Positions 38,967-51,038 of a stretch of DNA of 64,000 nucleotides are shown here, one piece after another. Position 1 is the stretch's first letter, and every line of letters begins with the position of its first letter. The notes below the pieces were generated by a model that saw nothing but the letters and a program-made list of their open reading frames with translations, was not told where the DNA came from and made no database searches. Position numbers and translations under genes: made by a program. This DNA comes from Octopus vulgaris (lineage: Eukaryota): assembly GCA_951406725.2 (NCBI GenBank), contig OX597814.1, forward strand, positions 152,520,001 through 152,584,000. Direction: 5' to 3'.

Positions 38967-38995
38967 TATATATATATATATACACACACATATAC

Positions 38996-39030
<35 letters not shown>

Positions 39031-39053
39031 TATATATATATATATACACACAC

Positions 39054-39110
<57 letters not shown>

Positions 39111-39175
39111 TTATATATATATATATATATACACACACATATACATTATATATATATATATATATATACACACAC

Positions 39176-39258
<83 letters not shown>

Positions 39259-39302
39259 GAAATAAACATATATATATTCATACAAATACATACATATATA
39301 TA
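38773..39302. repeat. Compound (TA)n/(CA)n microsatellite
   Basis: Direct inspection. Confidence 0.95.
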
Positions 39303-42300
39303 TCATCATCATCATTATCATCATCGTTTAACCTCCGATGTCCATGCTAGCATGGGTGGGATGGTTCGACTGAGAGCTGGGAAGCCAGAAGGCTGCACCA
39401 GGCTCCAATCTGATCTGGTAGTGTTTCTACAGCTGGATGCCCTTCCTAACGCCAACCACTCCAAGAGTGTAGTGGGTGCCTTTTATGTACCACCGCCACA
39501 GGCGCCAGAGGGGGCTGGCAATGACCACAATTGGTTAGTGCCTTTTACATGCCACCAGCAAGGAAACCAGTCAAGGCAGCTCTGGCATCGGTCAAGTTTG
39601 AATGCTGCTTTCAACATGCCACAGGCACAGGGATCACAACTACAATTTCCTATTTGATTTTGGTTTGATGTACTTGACTCAATAGGTCTCCTCCAGGATG
39701 GCATGTCGCCCTATGATCCAAGGTACTTTTGAGTGGGCTGGTTATGTGACACTGGTGTAGGTTACAGCTGTGAACTCACTTTATCTGCCAGGTCTTCTCA
39801 GTCACAGCATATCTCCAGAGGTCTCGGTCTTTTGTCATTGCCTTTGTGAGGCCCAACATTCGAAGGTCATGCTTCAACACTTCCTCCCATGTCTTCCTGG
39901 GTTTCCTTCTACCCCTGATTCCTTCCACTGTTTGGGAGTTGCACTTCTTCATACAGATCTCATCTATCCATAGTACATGACCATACCAATGCAAACGTCT
40001 CTCTTGCACGCCACATCCAATGCTTCTTATGTCCAACATTTCTCTCAGGGCGCTTACACTCACTCTATTATGTATGCACACTGATATTACACATCCAGCG
40101 GATCATGCTAGCTTCATTTCTTTCAAGCCTATGCATGTCTTTAGCAGTCACAGCCCATGTTTCACTGCTGTGAATCATGGCGGTTTGCACACATGCATTG
40201 TACAATCAACCTTTCACTCTGAGCGAGAGGCCCTTTGTCACCAGTAGGGGTAGGAGATTTCAGAACTTTGCCCAGGCTATTCTTATTCTAGTGGTAAAAC
40301 TCTCTGAGCATCCACCCCCACCACAGACTTGGTCAGCTTGGTAGTGGAAGCCATCAACTATTTTTACTTTCTCCCCAGGCATGTGATGGAATCTGTTTTC
40401 TGAGCATCTATAGTACTTATTGCTCCTGTGCATCTGCCACACACGAAAGCTTTCTTCCCGGTTAATCTGCCTTTGATGTTACTGCACCTCTTATGTGTCT
40501 ATAGCTTACACTGGGTACATCTTATGGAGATTCTACCTACACCTTTTCTGAATGGATGTGTGATGTGTTTGCATTCCTACTGACTAGAACTTTTGTCTCT
40601 GCAACATTGACTCTAAGGCCCTTCGATTTTAAACCTTGCTTCCACACCTGAAATTTCTTCTCTGGTTCTGGTAGTGATTCTGCTATGAGAGCCAGGTCAT
40701 CAGCAGAGCGGAGCACCCAGGGGCAACCCATCATGAATTTTTCTCTAATTGCCTGAAGGACTATGATGAAGAAAGGGCTGAGGGCTGATCCTTTGTAGAC
40801 CCCTACTTCTACCCAGAATTCTTCACTATACTCATTGCCAACCCTAACCTTACTAATGGCATCTCTGTATAGGGCCTGTACAGCCCTTATTAACCATTCT
40901 TCAATCCCCAGTTTCCTCATCGCCCACCAGATAAGTGATCGGAGACCCTGTCAAAGGCTTTCTCCAAGTCCACAAAAGCTAAGTATAGGGGTTTATCTTT
41001 AGCTAGAGATTTTTCCTGCAGTTGCTGTACAAGTGATGCTTGCACCTGGCACAAAACCAAACTGCATCTCATCTAAGCAGATTCTCTCCCTAATTAGTTG
41101 GACTATGATCCTCTCTGTGATCTTCATCACCTGATTCAATAGTCTGATACCCCTGTAGTTATTTCTATCTAAAGCATCACCTTTACCCTTGTAGCAGTTG
41201 ACTATGGTGCTTTGTCATTGGGTATGACTCCATCATGAACTACCTGGTTTACAATATGGGTGACAAGGCCATAGCCCACTCCACCAGATGTCTTAAGCAT
41301 CTCAGCAGTGATTCCTGATGGGCCCGGAGCTTTTCCTGGCTTCATACCCTTAATTGCTTTATCTACTAAGGTGCTGTCTATTCAGATAGCTGGTCCCTCT
41401 ACTGGGTCAACATTTGGCAGGCTCTCCTCCTCCCAATCATTCTCCACATTCAGCAGTCTTTCATAATGGCTTCTCCAAGCCTCTTTCTTTTCCGAATCAT
41501 TAAAAGCAAGTGCACTATCATCCATGCGGACACATTTCTCTCTTGTGACATTACTATTTTCTCTCACACACTGTCTTGCAATCAAAAATACTTCAGTTCT
41601 TTGGTCCTCACATCACTGGACATTGGCAAACTTCTTCTTTTCTGCTTCGCCCTTGGCTATGTATACCTGTCGCCCAGCCCCCTTCTGGCTATCTGGTACA
41701 GTTCCCTGCTACCCCCACTCTTCCAGGCTTTCCAGGCTTGTTTCTTTGCTCTAATGGCTTTGTCTACCATATTATTCCACCACCACAGTACTCTGGGTAT
41801 GAAAGGGACTTTGCACCATCTGCAGACTTGGTCTGTGGCACTCAGTAAGCTGTCCCATAGGAATTTCCAGCTACCTTTTATGTCCGAGATCTGTAGCTCA
41901 TCCTCCCTCTCATCAAATTTCTTGATGAGGACATCCCAAATCTCTGAGCATGTGAAGGATTCTTTAGCTTCCAAATCTTTCTTTTCTGGATTGGTCTGCT
42001 ACTTGGCATCCTTCTGGCCTTTAGTCTAAAGTCACTAATGACTAGTCTATGCTGGGGGGTACATTCTTCACCCGGGAGGGTCTTTGGATTTAAGAGCTAC
42101 CCTGTCTGGTGAGAATGAAATCAATCTGACTAGCAGTCACCTGATTGATAGGTTATCAGGTGGCTGTCTGACTTCTTGAAGTCAGTGTTGCAGACTAAAA
42201 GGTTACATGCATCACAGAACTCCAGTAGCTTAGTTCCCTCATCATTTCGGGAACCAATACCATGGTCTCCATGTACCTTAGAGAAGATACTGGATTGCTA

Positions 42301-42850
42301 CCCAACATGCCCATTAAAATCACCAGTTGCAAAGATGAGGTCATTGGCACACATCCTTGAGGTAGCCTGTGGAAGGGTATCATAAAAGTGGTCCTTCTGA
42401 TTGTTTGGTAGGCCCTCTTGTGGGGTGTAGGCAGAGATAATTGAAGCTGTGCTGTTCTGCAGGACTAACCTGAGCTTAAGCACTCTATCGCATTCCCTGA
42501 CAACTTTTATGATCTTATCTACCCATTTCTTCACAAGGAGTATGCCTACACCCCCAACTCCATCCATGTTACCTTGCCAGAAGATTTTATACCTATGTGC
42601 CTTGCCTGTGAGGACCCTAGCTGAAGCTCCTCTCCATCTTATCTCTTGTATGCAGCATACATCAACAGGCCTCCTTTCAAGCATCTCTACAATCTCACTA
42701 GACCTACCTTTCAGTGTGCCTACATTGACAGTGCCAATGCTGAAAACTGGGAAAGGAATGTGGAGTGAGGCTTGGGGGGGAGAGATGTTATTCAGCGCCT
42801 GAAAAGAAGAGGAAGGTGGTCGTGTTCGATTTTGGGCATGCTTCAACTCT
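39303..42850 (-). mobile_element. Near full-length decayed RTE LINE (copy 3): APE, RT and 3' UTR
   Basis: IGTVNVGTL, CCIQEIRW, GVGIL, GDFNGHVG (APE); WWWN; RT motifs; (GAT)n tail at 39303; the 5' UTR may extend to about 43715. Confidence 0.95.
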
Positions 42851-43174
42851 TCTCACTTCTGACCTCACATCATTCAAACATTCAAGAGTGTTAAGATTGT
42901 TGCTCCAATTGGAGGTAGGAGTAGGTGTTAGTGGCATTATAAGTATAAGCATTATGGTCAAAACAAAAAAAACATAAATTTAAGTGGTATTGCAAATATG
43001 GATAATCCAATATTAGATTAAGTAGGGAGTCAGCTAAACTGGTTGTGTTTGTCCAACGATAGGAGATTGCAGGTATGATGGAGGGGAGCAGCAGCAAGGG
43101 GAGATGTTTCAGATAGAGAAAGAGAAGAAACAAGCTCATCCATACATACACACAAGCACACACGCACACACGCA

Positions 43175-43217
<43 letters not shown>

Positions 43218-43715
43218 GAACAAGCACACATGTACAGCCCATTAGCTTTCTCCTTCACTTGATATGTGCATGGAAAATTACTGGGTAGTTGTTGGCATAT
43301 TTCTAGATGGAACGAAACGAAAAAACAGATAGTCGGTTAAGTAGGTGGGCAGTTAACTTAGTTGCATTTGTCCCAGGAGACCGAGAGAGAAAGAGAGAGA
43401 CAGAGTGTGCAGGTAATATAGAGAACAGCACCAGTGAGCAGGTGGCATTGAAAGAGGAGACATCTGGTAATGATGGTGACAAATTTCTAGACAGAATGAA
43501 ATGCAAGATAGCCAGTAAAGTAGATGGGCAGCTGAGCTAGTTGCATTTATCCCAGGAGAGGGAGAGAGACAGAAAGAGTGCAGGTAATATATAGAGAACA
43601 GCCCAGTGAGGTGGAGGAGTTGAGAGAAGAAACATCAGGTAATGGTGGTGGGAGGAGAGAGAGATATCCAGTGTAGATGGTGGGAAGAGATAGAGGTATC
43701 GGTATTGGTGGTGGG

Positions 43716-43763
<48 letters not shown>

Positions 43764-43784
43764 CGTAATATATGTGTACATATA

Positions 43785-43849
<65 letters not shown>

Positions 43850-43892
43850 GGTATATATATGTATAAATTATATATATATCTATATATATATA

Positions 43893-44160
43893 ACCAGCAG
43901 ATACCCAGTGTTGCCCGTATTACGTGCAATCAAAGAATTAGACTTTTCTGTGATATTTTCTGTAATGAACTGGAATACCTATGATTCGAATTTCATTAAA
44001 ATTGTATATGAGGGTTATTTCCCCTCTTTACACACCCTAAAAAAATTATAATCATGACACATACTACTGATTTTTATGCGCAGATTCCAAAATTCCAGTC
44101 ATACATATATACATACATAAACACATACACATACACACACATACATATCTTATTTTTTAT
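43893..44160 (-). mobile_element. Helitron-like non-autonomous element 3' end
   Basis: Minus strand ends CGGGCAACACTGGGTATCTGCTGG (subterminal GC-rich motif plus CTRR) before T, inside a TA repeat. Confidence 0.5.
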
Positions 44161-44274
44161 TCTATTTTTTTTTATTTAAACAAGAATATATTTGTTAAGA
44201 TATTTCGTATTTTACAAGATTATTTACGTATATTTATTAATTTATCTAATTAATCATCTTATTGTTTTTATCTT

Positions 44275-44357
44275 TAACCTGAAGAGTGGCTATATTTATA
44301 TTGAAGTGATTTTACTATTATCATTTCTTAAATATGGCCACGAAACACGTGTCATTA
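44275..44357 (+). ncRNA. Minimal type-I hammerhead ribozyme motif (Penelope pLTR type)
   Basis: CTGAAGA, 13-bp stem II GTGGCTATATTTA/TAAATATGGCCAC, GAAA, C-ACGT-G palindromic stem III, GTC triplet; stem I has one mismatch. Confidence 0.7.
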
Positions 44358-44475
44358 TTCTACCAAATATATACGTTTTATTTATTACTTTGCACATTAC
44401 TTAATCATTGTTATATGTTTTATCTTATATTTAATCTTTCTATAATATATAACTTTTCTAAGGTGTTTTTTTCTA

Positions 44476-44534
<59 letters not shown>

Positions 44535-44567
44535 TACACATATATATGAACTTACACATATATATAC

Positions 44568-44722
44568 ATATAAAGCTAAATTAAATATAGAGATATTCTA
44601 TTGACAATCCAATAATTTATTTATATACAATATTACATTAAATACTATGAATGTAATATTGTAATATAAAGAAATTATTGGATTGTCAATAGAATATCTC
44701 TATATTTTATTTTATCTTTATA
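44568..44722. repeat. Near-perfect AT-rich hairpin, about 155 bp
   Basis: AAATATAGAGATATTCTATTGACAATCCAATAATTT and its reverse complement. Confidence 0.9.
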
Positions 44723-45921
44723 ATTGAATTAAACCAATACTTATATGGTATCCAACTGAAGTCCCAGTAAATTGGATGTTTAACACACTAAACTTTAAAA
44801 AAAAAACTCCATTTTCTTCAAAAATTCTATATCTCTTTAACTGAAATAATCATATAGTCAGATAGTTATTCTTTCATTTCCCTTGTTTCACTGAAGATAA
44901 AACACTGTCCAGGAAAACCAGAATGCTATGAAAAGGCTGATATAGATATCAAACTTTAATCTCTACAAGATTTTGCATGCAGACAGCAATACAGGAATAA
45001 CAATTACGCAAAACTAATTCAATAACCACTAATTAATGGAGCCCATTAGAAATATCAAACAAGATAAAACTGTTACATGAGGATATAATGAAGTGGTAAT
45101 TTAAAGAAGTTAAAATAACTGATATTACTGTTATTTCACTTACATTATGTTTTTTCAATTACAATGGGACTTGCATATAAAAAAAAATTTTGAAGCAATT
45201 ACACAGCTGAAAGGTGAACAAATAGCAAAAATCAAACAGATATGAATTCATGAAATTGAATGGTAGGCCTCATATGCCATACGGTTTAAAATTACTACCT
45301 GGTCTTTGGGTACCCAAGGTTAACTCTGTTGCAAGCATTTCAACTTTCACACCACTCACATTTTTCATATAGACCTTGACCCGCAGATTTTTAAGTTGTA
45401 CCAATCTCATCTGACTGGGAAGGCCTTCAATAACCATGTGCAATGTTTTTCCTCTACTGATGAACTTATGAAAAGAAACTGATTTCCTTGCAATGTTGTA
45501 TAAAAAAACAAGTCAATAACCATCAACATAATTATAATTTTTTTTTTTTTCTGATTGGTAGGAAAATGAGTTGAACTTGCATCACAACACATCCTCTTCT
45601 CCAACTACAACGGTGCAACTCTGAACTTCAAATGTCAGTTAAGATGTCATTATTACATAAACTATGGTTGTTCTACATCATGTAAATATATAGTAAAACT
45701 GGAAAGTCTCACCTGTCAAAACAGATATCCTAGTCTTTTTCCACCCAAATAATGCAAACCAGTGAAGGTTAGAGTCAGTCAAAGGTTATTTCTTAGTGCG
45801 CCATCAGTGTTATTTGACACCTCTAAACCAGAAACTACAAGTGAAGCAATAACCAAAGAACAACTAACATGATGCAATTGGTCTAGGAGACGAGCAAGCA
45901 AGCAGTGCTGGTTTTGGAAAT

Positions 45922-45938
45922 TTAATAATAATAATAAT

Positions 45939-45997
<59 letters not shown>

Positions 45998-46010
45998 CAA
46001 CAGCAACAAC
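45922..46010. repeat. (TAA)n/(CAA)n microsatellite
   Basis: Direct inspection. Confidence 0.95.
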
Positions 46011-46012
46011 AA

Positions 46013-46690
46013 GCTCTCAAAACAAACTCCTCCAAATATTCCAATGGTAAAAGCACTGACTCGCTACAGTGTAGGATGCGCTCTGAGAAGGGAGAAAGTA
46101 TAAGCCATATTGTTAGTAAGTGCTGTAAGCTTGCACAATGCAAAGACAAAAGGAGACACGACAATGTGGCCAGATATGTCCATTGGCTGTTGTGCAGTAA
46201 AGCAAACCTCGAGAGAGCCAAACAATGGTATGAACACAAGCCAGAGGTATTAATGGAAAACGAACATTACAAAATACTCTGGGATTTTAACATGCAGTTT
46301 GACCAAGTCATAGAGGCGAGATGACCAGATATCGTGCTCATCCATAAAGATGAAAAGGAAGTTAAGATAATAGATGCTGCAATACCAGATGATCGAGGGT
46401 GAAATGTAAGGAAACAGAAAAGATTGAGAAATACCAGCCACTGCAGGATGAGATAGGAAAGTTATGGGGCATGAAAGTAATGGTGATACCGGTGGCAATT
46501 GAAGCATTAAGAACAGTTTCTAAGGGCTTTGAAAACATAGTAAGAATATTGGAGCTGCTGTCAGGCTTGAGGTGATCCAAAAGACAACATTGTGGGAACT
46601 GTTTACATTCTAAGGAGAGTATTGTCTCTTTGAGTCACTGTAGAAAGTGCTACTTGAAACGTTTGGTGATTTGTTATTGCCTGCTTTCAA
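46013..46690 (+). mobile_element. R4/Dong-clade RLE retrotransposon 3' fragment
   Basis: ESISHIVSKC, KRRHDNVA..VHW.LC, WYEHKP, KILWDF, PDIV, IID.AIP motifs; flanked by (TAA)n. Confidence 0.88.
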
Positions 46691-46754
46691 GTAAAGAATA
46701 GCCAGTAATTAAGAACTATCCAAGAGTCTTTCAGAATAACAATAATAATAATAA

Positions 46755-47045
46755 AGGTTGCGCCAGTAACCATTGGTGCATTGGGAACTGTAAGTAAAGA
46801 TATAGACAAATGGTTGAAGGAGATTGGAAAAGAATGTCCTACAGAACTTCTACATAAAGTTTGCTTCTTAGGGACAGGAAAGACTATCAGTGGGGTCTTA
46901 AGCACTTGAAAGACTATTGAAAGCTTGTGGATACCTAAAGCTACACATAGTTACCTGCTACCCATATAAATTCTACCAGGAATAAGAAAACTTGTTGTCT
47001 CTGGGTGAAACTTGGAATCAACTTGTACAAATACAAAGCAAAAGC
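46755..47045 (+). mobile_element. Second short R4/Dong-type 3' fragment
   Basis: PVTIGALGTVSK....WL..IG...LLHKVCFLGT; bounded by (TAA)n on both sides. Confidence 0.75.
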
Positions 47046-47727
47046 AACAATAAAAAAATTTTTTTTTAAATAATAATAATAATAATAATAAAAAAAATAA
47101 TAATAAACATGGAAAATTATTATCAATACCTAGGCTATTGAAAAGGTGCAAAGCAGAGCAGAAGTAAATAATAAATTAGATCTTCATTTACAATTTTAAA
47201 AATTATTATTATTATTTGTTTCTCAAATACATTTCTCAAAAGTAGTATTTTTCAGGCGTTAGCCTGAAAAATTAATTCCATCAACTTTCCTATTTCAATA
47301 TTCAGCATTTAAATGCAGTTTATTACTTTCTTTTAACTCTTCAAACCATCTGTGAAAAATACAAAATGTGAATGGGTTAAAAAGAAAAATGCTTTTTAAA
47401 ATTTTCTTTTCAATATTATCATTTCCAGTTTTTTTTTTTTTTTGCCTTTTCATTAACTCATTCTGACCAATAATCCTTGTAGTGCCATTCTTAGTAATTA
47501 GAAGATAGATTCAATAGAACCTAGGCACATCAACATGCAAGACACCAGAAATGGCTAGGTATGATAATGTAGAGTTCACAGTGAGGCAAACAACAATGAA
47601 ATTATCACATGTTGGTAGGATACTGCAGATATATAAGTACCAAATCCAATTTAAACCAGAGACCAGGCTCTGGAGTTGGTTCCAGGTGTGGCATAAGTAT
47701 AAAAAGAAACATAAATGGCATTTAAAA

Positions 47728-47809
47728 TTTACAACAGCTGTTTCAGTAGCATTTTATTGATGTATTCAAATATTACATCATAACATATAACCCACCATCT
47801 TCAGGTAAA
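47728..47809 (-). ncRNA. Minimal type-I hammerhead ribozyme motif, sense to the DEPDC5 pre-mRNA
   Basis: Minus strand TTTAC-CTGAAGA-TGGTGG...CTACT-GAAA-C-AGCT-G-TT-GTAAA: perfect 5-bp stem I, palindromic stem III, GUU triplet. Confidence 0.65.
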
Positions 47810-48344
47810 ATTTTAAATAGGTAAGATGTCAAGCAGGTGAGATTTCACACATTAAACATGATGAATTCAATCAGAATAAAATAGAATACTGGTTCACATT
47901 CATGATGTTTGAACCTGGAAATGAAAATCACTTTACATCAGAGTAGTTTTGAAGAAACATTAGTTCAAACTTAGCTGTCACAAAGGAGTTTCGAACAAAA
48001 GATGTTTAAACAAAATGTCAATAAATGGAAAATTTATGAAAACACACATTTATTGAAGTGTTCATTATATCCTACATAGCTCTGTATATACAATATATAT
48101 ATATATATATATGCGTGTATTGAAATGTAGTGTACTCTTGTACTCTTACTACAATCCTTAGACAGAATCATTACAACATTGAATGCAACAAACAGCTCTT
48201 TAAATTATAAATACAGTCCAAGTTTCTGTCTGCTCAATTTCAGTTGCAAGGTTTGTTACACAAAAGACTGACCCAATACTATGATAAAAAGACGCAAGCT
48301 GTTTGGTAATTGCAAAGCCAACTTCTTAACCATACAGCTACAAG

Positions 48345-48391
<47 letters not shown>

Positions 48392-49645
48392 AGCTGTACA
48401 TCAGTGAAAGAAATATAGAATGGAAATTAAGGTGAATATGAAAATTGAATGTAGAAAACCTGCAGTGATTCAAGAAACTAAGTTGAGTGTGTTCTGTAAA
48501 ATGTGCAACATATGAGAGAGAAATGCTAACCATTTGTGTGTTGAGGAACTGACTGTATCAAAAATTGGTATGGAGATCTAAGCTAAGTAAAGTGGAGGTG
48601 GTGGTGGTGGCGGTGACAGGTGTTGGGAATTGGTGGTGGGAGTAGGATATTCTGAGAACACAAATCATTTCATCTTTGAGACCTAATTTTATTTGGTCAG
48701 ATCAAATACAATTGAATTTGACAGATTAGATGAGATGAGTGAGATGAGATGAGACAAGATCAAGATCATGAATTGGGGCTGTATGTGAAATTCACTTACT
48801 TCATTGCCAAATTAAAAAAAGACATGATGATGATGATAATGATAACGACAAAGTTGGAAATGGTGTCAATGAAGATGAAGATAATGAAATAATGACTCTG
48901 AAGTTCTAATTTAGCAATAATTACTTTAAAATAAAGAACATAATCTAATTTCGAGAAAATCTACAAAACTACTTGTAGTAACTGAAAGTGTAATATATAT
49001 TTATACTATGTGTTTAATGCTTTCAATATTCCTTGTTTTGTAACTGTAGTAAATCTCATTAAGACTTCAGAATTATTTAAACAGCATGTGCTATTCAAAA
49101 CTTTACACTACATTCAAAACGCTAAATGACATACATCACTTTATACACTAAATATTTTTTGATTTTCAATTTATTTTTATACTCATAGTTTGAAAATATA
49201 AACCTATATTACTCATGTTTTTCACTGCCATTCATTATTTTCCAACTACAGAGAAAAACACAGCAACATTATTAAAAAGAAAATTTTAATATACTTTGTA
49301 TAATATATTTTGTATTTCAAAATTAAATGTAGCTAATATTAAGAATCAGAAATGCAACAACAGATGCTGCATGCAAATAGTGATACAAAAGTTTAAATTT
49401 CAAACCAATAATAGTATAAAATGAAAATACCTAAAAATTAAAATAAGACACTATAATGTAAAGTTAAAATCTTCATATAAATCAACATCATCATCATAAT
49501 AATCTGAAAGGAATTCTTAAAGCATTAGAATATCAAAAGAGAAAAAAATGCTTAATCAAACATATTAAAAAAAATTAGATAATCAAATAAGAATTTAGTT
49601 TTTATTAAAATACATATAAAACAGAAAAAGATTGAATATTTTTAC

Positions 49646-49744
49646 CTGTGGTCATTTCTGGACTCCATTCTTGTTCCCCTGTAACTCCCCACATATACGT
49701 TCGATATGGTTCCCGAGAAGACTGACTACGGGATAAGTATTTGT
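49646..49744 (-). CDS. DEPDC5: DEPDC5 exon KYLSRSQSSREPYRTYMWGVTGEQEWSPEMTT
   Basis: WG.TGEQEW.P..TT motif of invertebrate DEPDC5/Iml1; CAG/GTAAAA, 99 nt, phase 1-1. Confidence 0.93.
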
Positions 49745-49894
49745 CTGTGAAATAATAACAACATATTTTACCATCACAAATTTTACTTCCTAAGAGTAAC
49801 TTAATAAAATTTCCATTAGTGGAGGTTTCATTGTTTCTTCCAAAGATCAAACCACATGATAACAGTGTTAAAAGTTGTCATATAGTAGTGAAAT

Positions 49895-50113
49895 ATTGGC
49901 TTCAAATTTTGGCACAAGGCCAGCAATTTCAGGGGAAGGGGCAAGTCGATCACATCAACCTCAGTGTTTAACTGGTACTTATTTAATTGACCCCCACCAA
50001 AGGGATGAAAGGTAAAGTTGACCTCAGCAAAATTCAAACTTAGGACATAAAGACAGATGAAATGCCGCTAAGCACTTTGCTTGACATGCTAACAATTCTA
50101 CCAGCTCACCGCC
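49895..50113 (-). mobile_element. SINE family B
   Basis: Similarity to the other copies. Confidence 0.82.
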
Positions 50114-50291
50114 TTTTAGGAGTAAAATATTAGCAATAAATGTAGAAAATCTGAAACAATAAAATATTTAATGTCTCAGAACTCAAACAATTACAAAAGA
50201 ACAAAAGTACACATAAAATACTCAGCTACTGAAATTGAGGGTCTAAATTCTAAAAGTTTTATCAGCAATTCTTTACCATGCTTCATAGATA

Positions 50292-50501
50292 ACTCTTTAC
50301 TCTTGTTTCAGTCATTTGACTGCGGCCTTGCTAGAGCTCCGCCTTTAGTCGAGCAAATCAACCCCAGGACTTAATCTTTGTAAGTCTAGTACTTATTCTA
50401 TCGGTTTCTTTTGCCGAACCGCTAAGTTACGGGGACGTAAACACACCAGCATCGGTTGTCAAGCGATGCTGGGGGGACAAACACAGACACACAAACATAC
50501 A

Positions 50502-50579
<78 letters not shown>

Positions 50580-50714
50580 CACATATACACAACAGGCTTC
50601 TTTCAGTTTCTGTCCACCAAATCCACTCACAAGGCTTTGGTCGGCCCGAGGCTATAGTAGAAGACACTTGCCCAAAGTTCCACACAGTGGGGCTGAACCC
50701 AGAACCATGTGGTT
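50292..50714 (-). mobile_element. SINE family A with a long internal (CA)n
   Basis: High similarity to 13752-14152. Confidence 0.88.
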
Positions 50715-51038
50715 ATAATTATAAGTTACCAGAAAAATAATTGAACCGATTTACTACAATGGGAGACTGAAGACAATGCTCCAGTGTTCTCTTAGCAAAA
50801 CTAAACTGAAGTTCCTTATCATAGGGTAGGTAAAGCCACCAGCTGTATACTGTCACATACTCACACTGCTTTTTTTGCAATGTTAAAAACATACACACAT
50901 AAATCAATGAGGTGGTTTCTTAATTAAGTAACAAGGTTAAACTAATTATCTAAATTAGTTCTATACCAAAGATTTTATGTTCATGTGATTCTGTACAACT
51001 TGAAAACTGTAAAATGAAAAAAATATATATATACTTAC

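Noticed and set aside
36128-39657. Long YI/IY/HT-rich ORFs of up to 273 aa
   Set aside because: Translations of (TA)n and (CA)n microsatellites, which lack stop codons
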